The notes beneath the pieces were generated by a model. That model saw only the letters and a list, made by a program, of their open reading frames with translations, made no database searches and had not been told where the DNA came from. DNA of 64,000 bases from Tubulanus polymorphus. Taxonomy: Eukaryota; Animalia; Nemertea. The translations under genes and the position numbers were made by a program. The first letter of the stretch is position 1; each line of letters opens with the position of its first letter. The DNA lies in the NCBI RefSeq assembly GCF_964204645.1, contig NC_134030.1, positions 8,041,122 through 8,105,121 on the forward strand, in the 5' to 3' direction. Below, piece after piece: positions 63,354 to 64,000 of this stretch.

Positions 63354-64000
63354 CAGGAATATACTGCCCTCTACACGCCCTCACACAGAACACGAAAACC
63401 AGGATGACGACGCCTTACTTTCACCATTTACCGACAGGGTGTGCCGGGTGACGTCAGTAACTGACAAACCTATCAAATTACCCAAGCCAAAAATAGGGCA
63501 GCGCAACTGGATTGCCCGCACTAGCACTCAAAGGAAGACAAGACTTAGCCCTGCCCGAAGCAACCCACGCGGAATCAATGAATACTAACGCTCAAAGGAA
63601 GACAGGAAAATCAATCCCTGCCCGAAGCAATCCCTTAAAAGGAATCAATGAATGCTAGCATGCAAGCGATCCCGCAGTGAATCAATGAATCTCAGCACGC
63701 AAAGGAAGACAGGGAAATAAATCCCTGCCCGAAGCAATCCCTTAAAAGGAATCAATGAATGCTAGAACGCAAAGGAAGACAAGACTAAATCTTTGGCCGA
63801 AGCAATTCCTGAAAAGGAATCAATGAATACTAGTAGACAGTCCAGCTTTACCACTCCATTTTTAACCTTTGCAATCCGACCGACTTGCCCGTCATTGACG
63901 TCACCCAGCACGCTCTGTTGATACGTGGGGAGAGTGAGGCCTCGTCATCCTGGTTTTCGTGTTCCGTATGAGGGCATGTAGAGGGCAGCCATTTCCTGAC
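63354..64000. mobile_element. Non-autonomous inverted-repeat element with internal ~65-bp repeats, truncated by the window end
   Basis: Left arm 63354-63468 (caggaat..ctgccctctacacgccctcacacagaacacgaaaaccaggatgacga..gggtgacgtca) is the imperfect reverse complement of 63884-63998. Four internal units start aaaggaagaca at 63530, 63594, 63701 and 63771. Confidence 0.8.

Overview
Eukaryotic, AT-rich, intron-dense genomic DNA, most likely a metazoan invertebrate (inference). The left third holds a complete minus-strand gene with 30 coding exons for dynein-2 intermediate chain 1 (WDR60/DYNC2I1, about 1045 aa, 7711..18826), reconstructed by hand with GT-AG junctions and consistent phases. It also holds an orphan acidic/Tyr-rich ORF (3901..~4742, minus), several MITEs and a (TA)n tract. 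A 1.2-kb fold-back structure (1997..3203) carries minimal, dimer-type hammerhead ribozyme motifs of the Penelope-like kind in its arms. A 14-copy ~163-bp tandem array lies just upstream of WDR60. More than half the window (~26140..59490) is one complete ~240-bp satellite array of about 139 monomers, with several variant classes, chimeric monomers, irregular higher-order blocks and shared variants at both ends. Decayed repeats lie in both flanks. An inverted-repeat element with internal repeats runs off the right edge. Most of the supplied short ORFs are artefacts of these repeats. All identities and counts are by eye.
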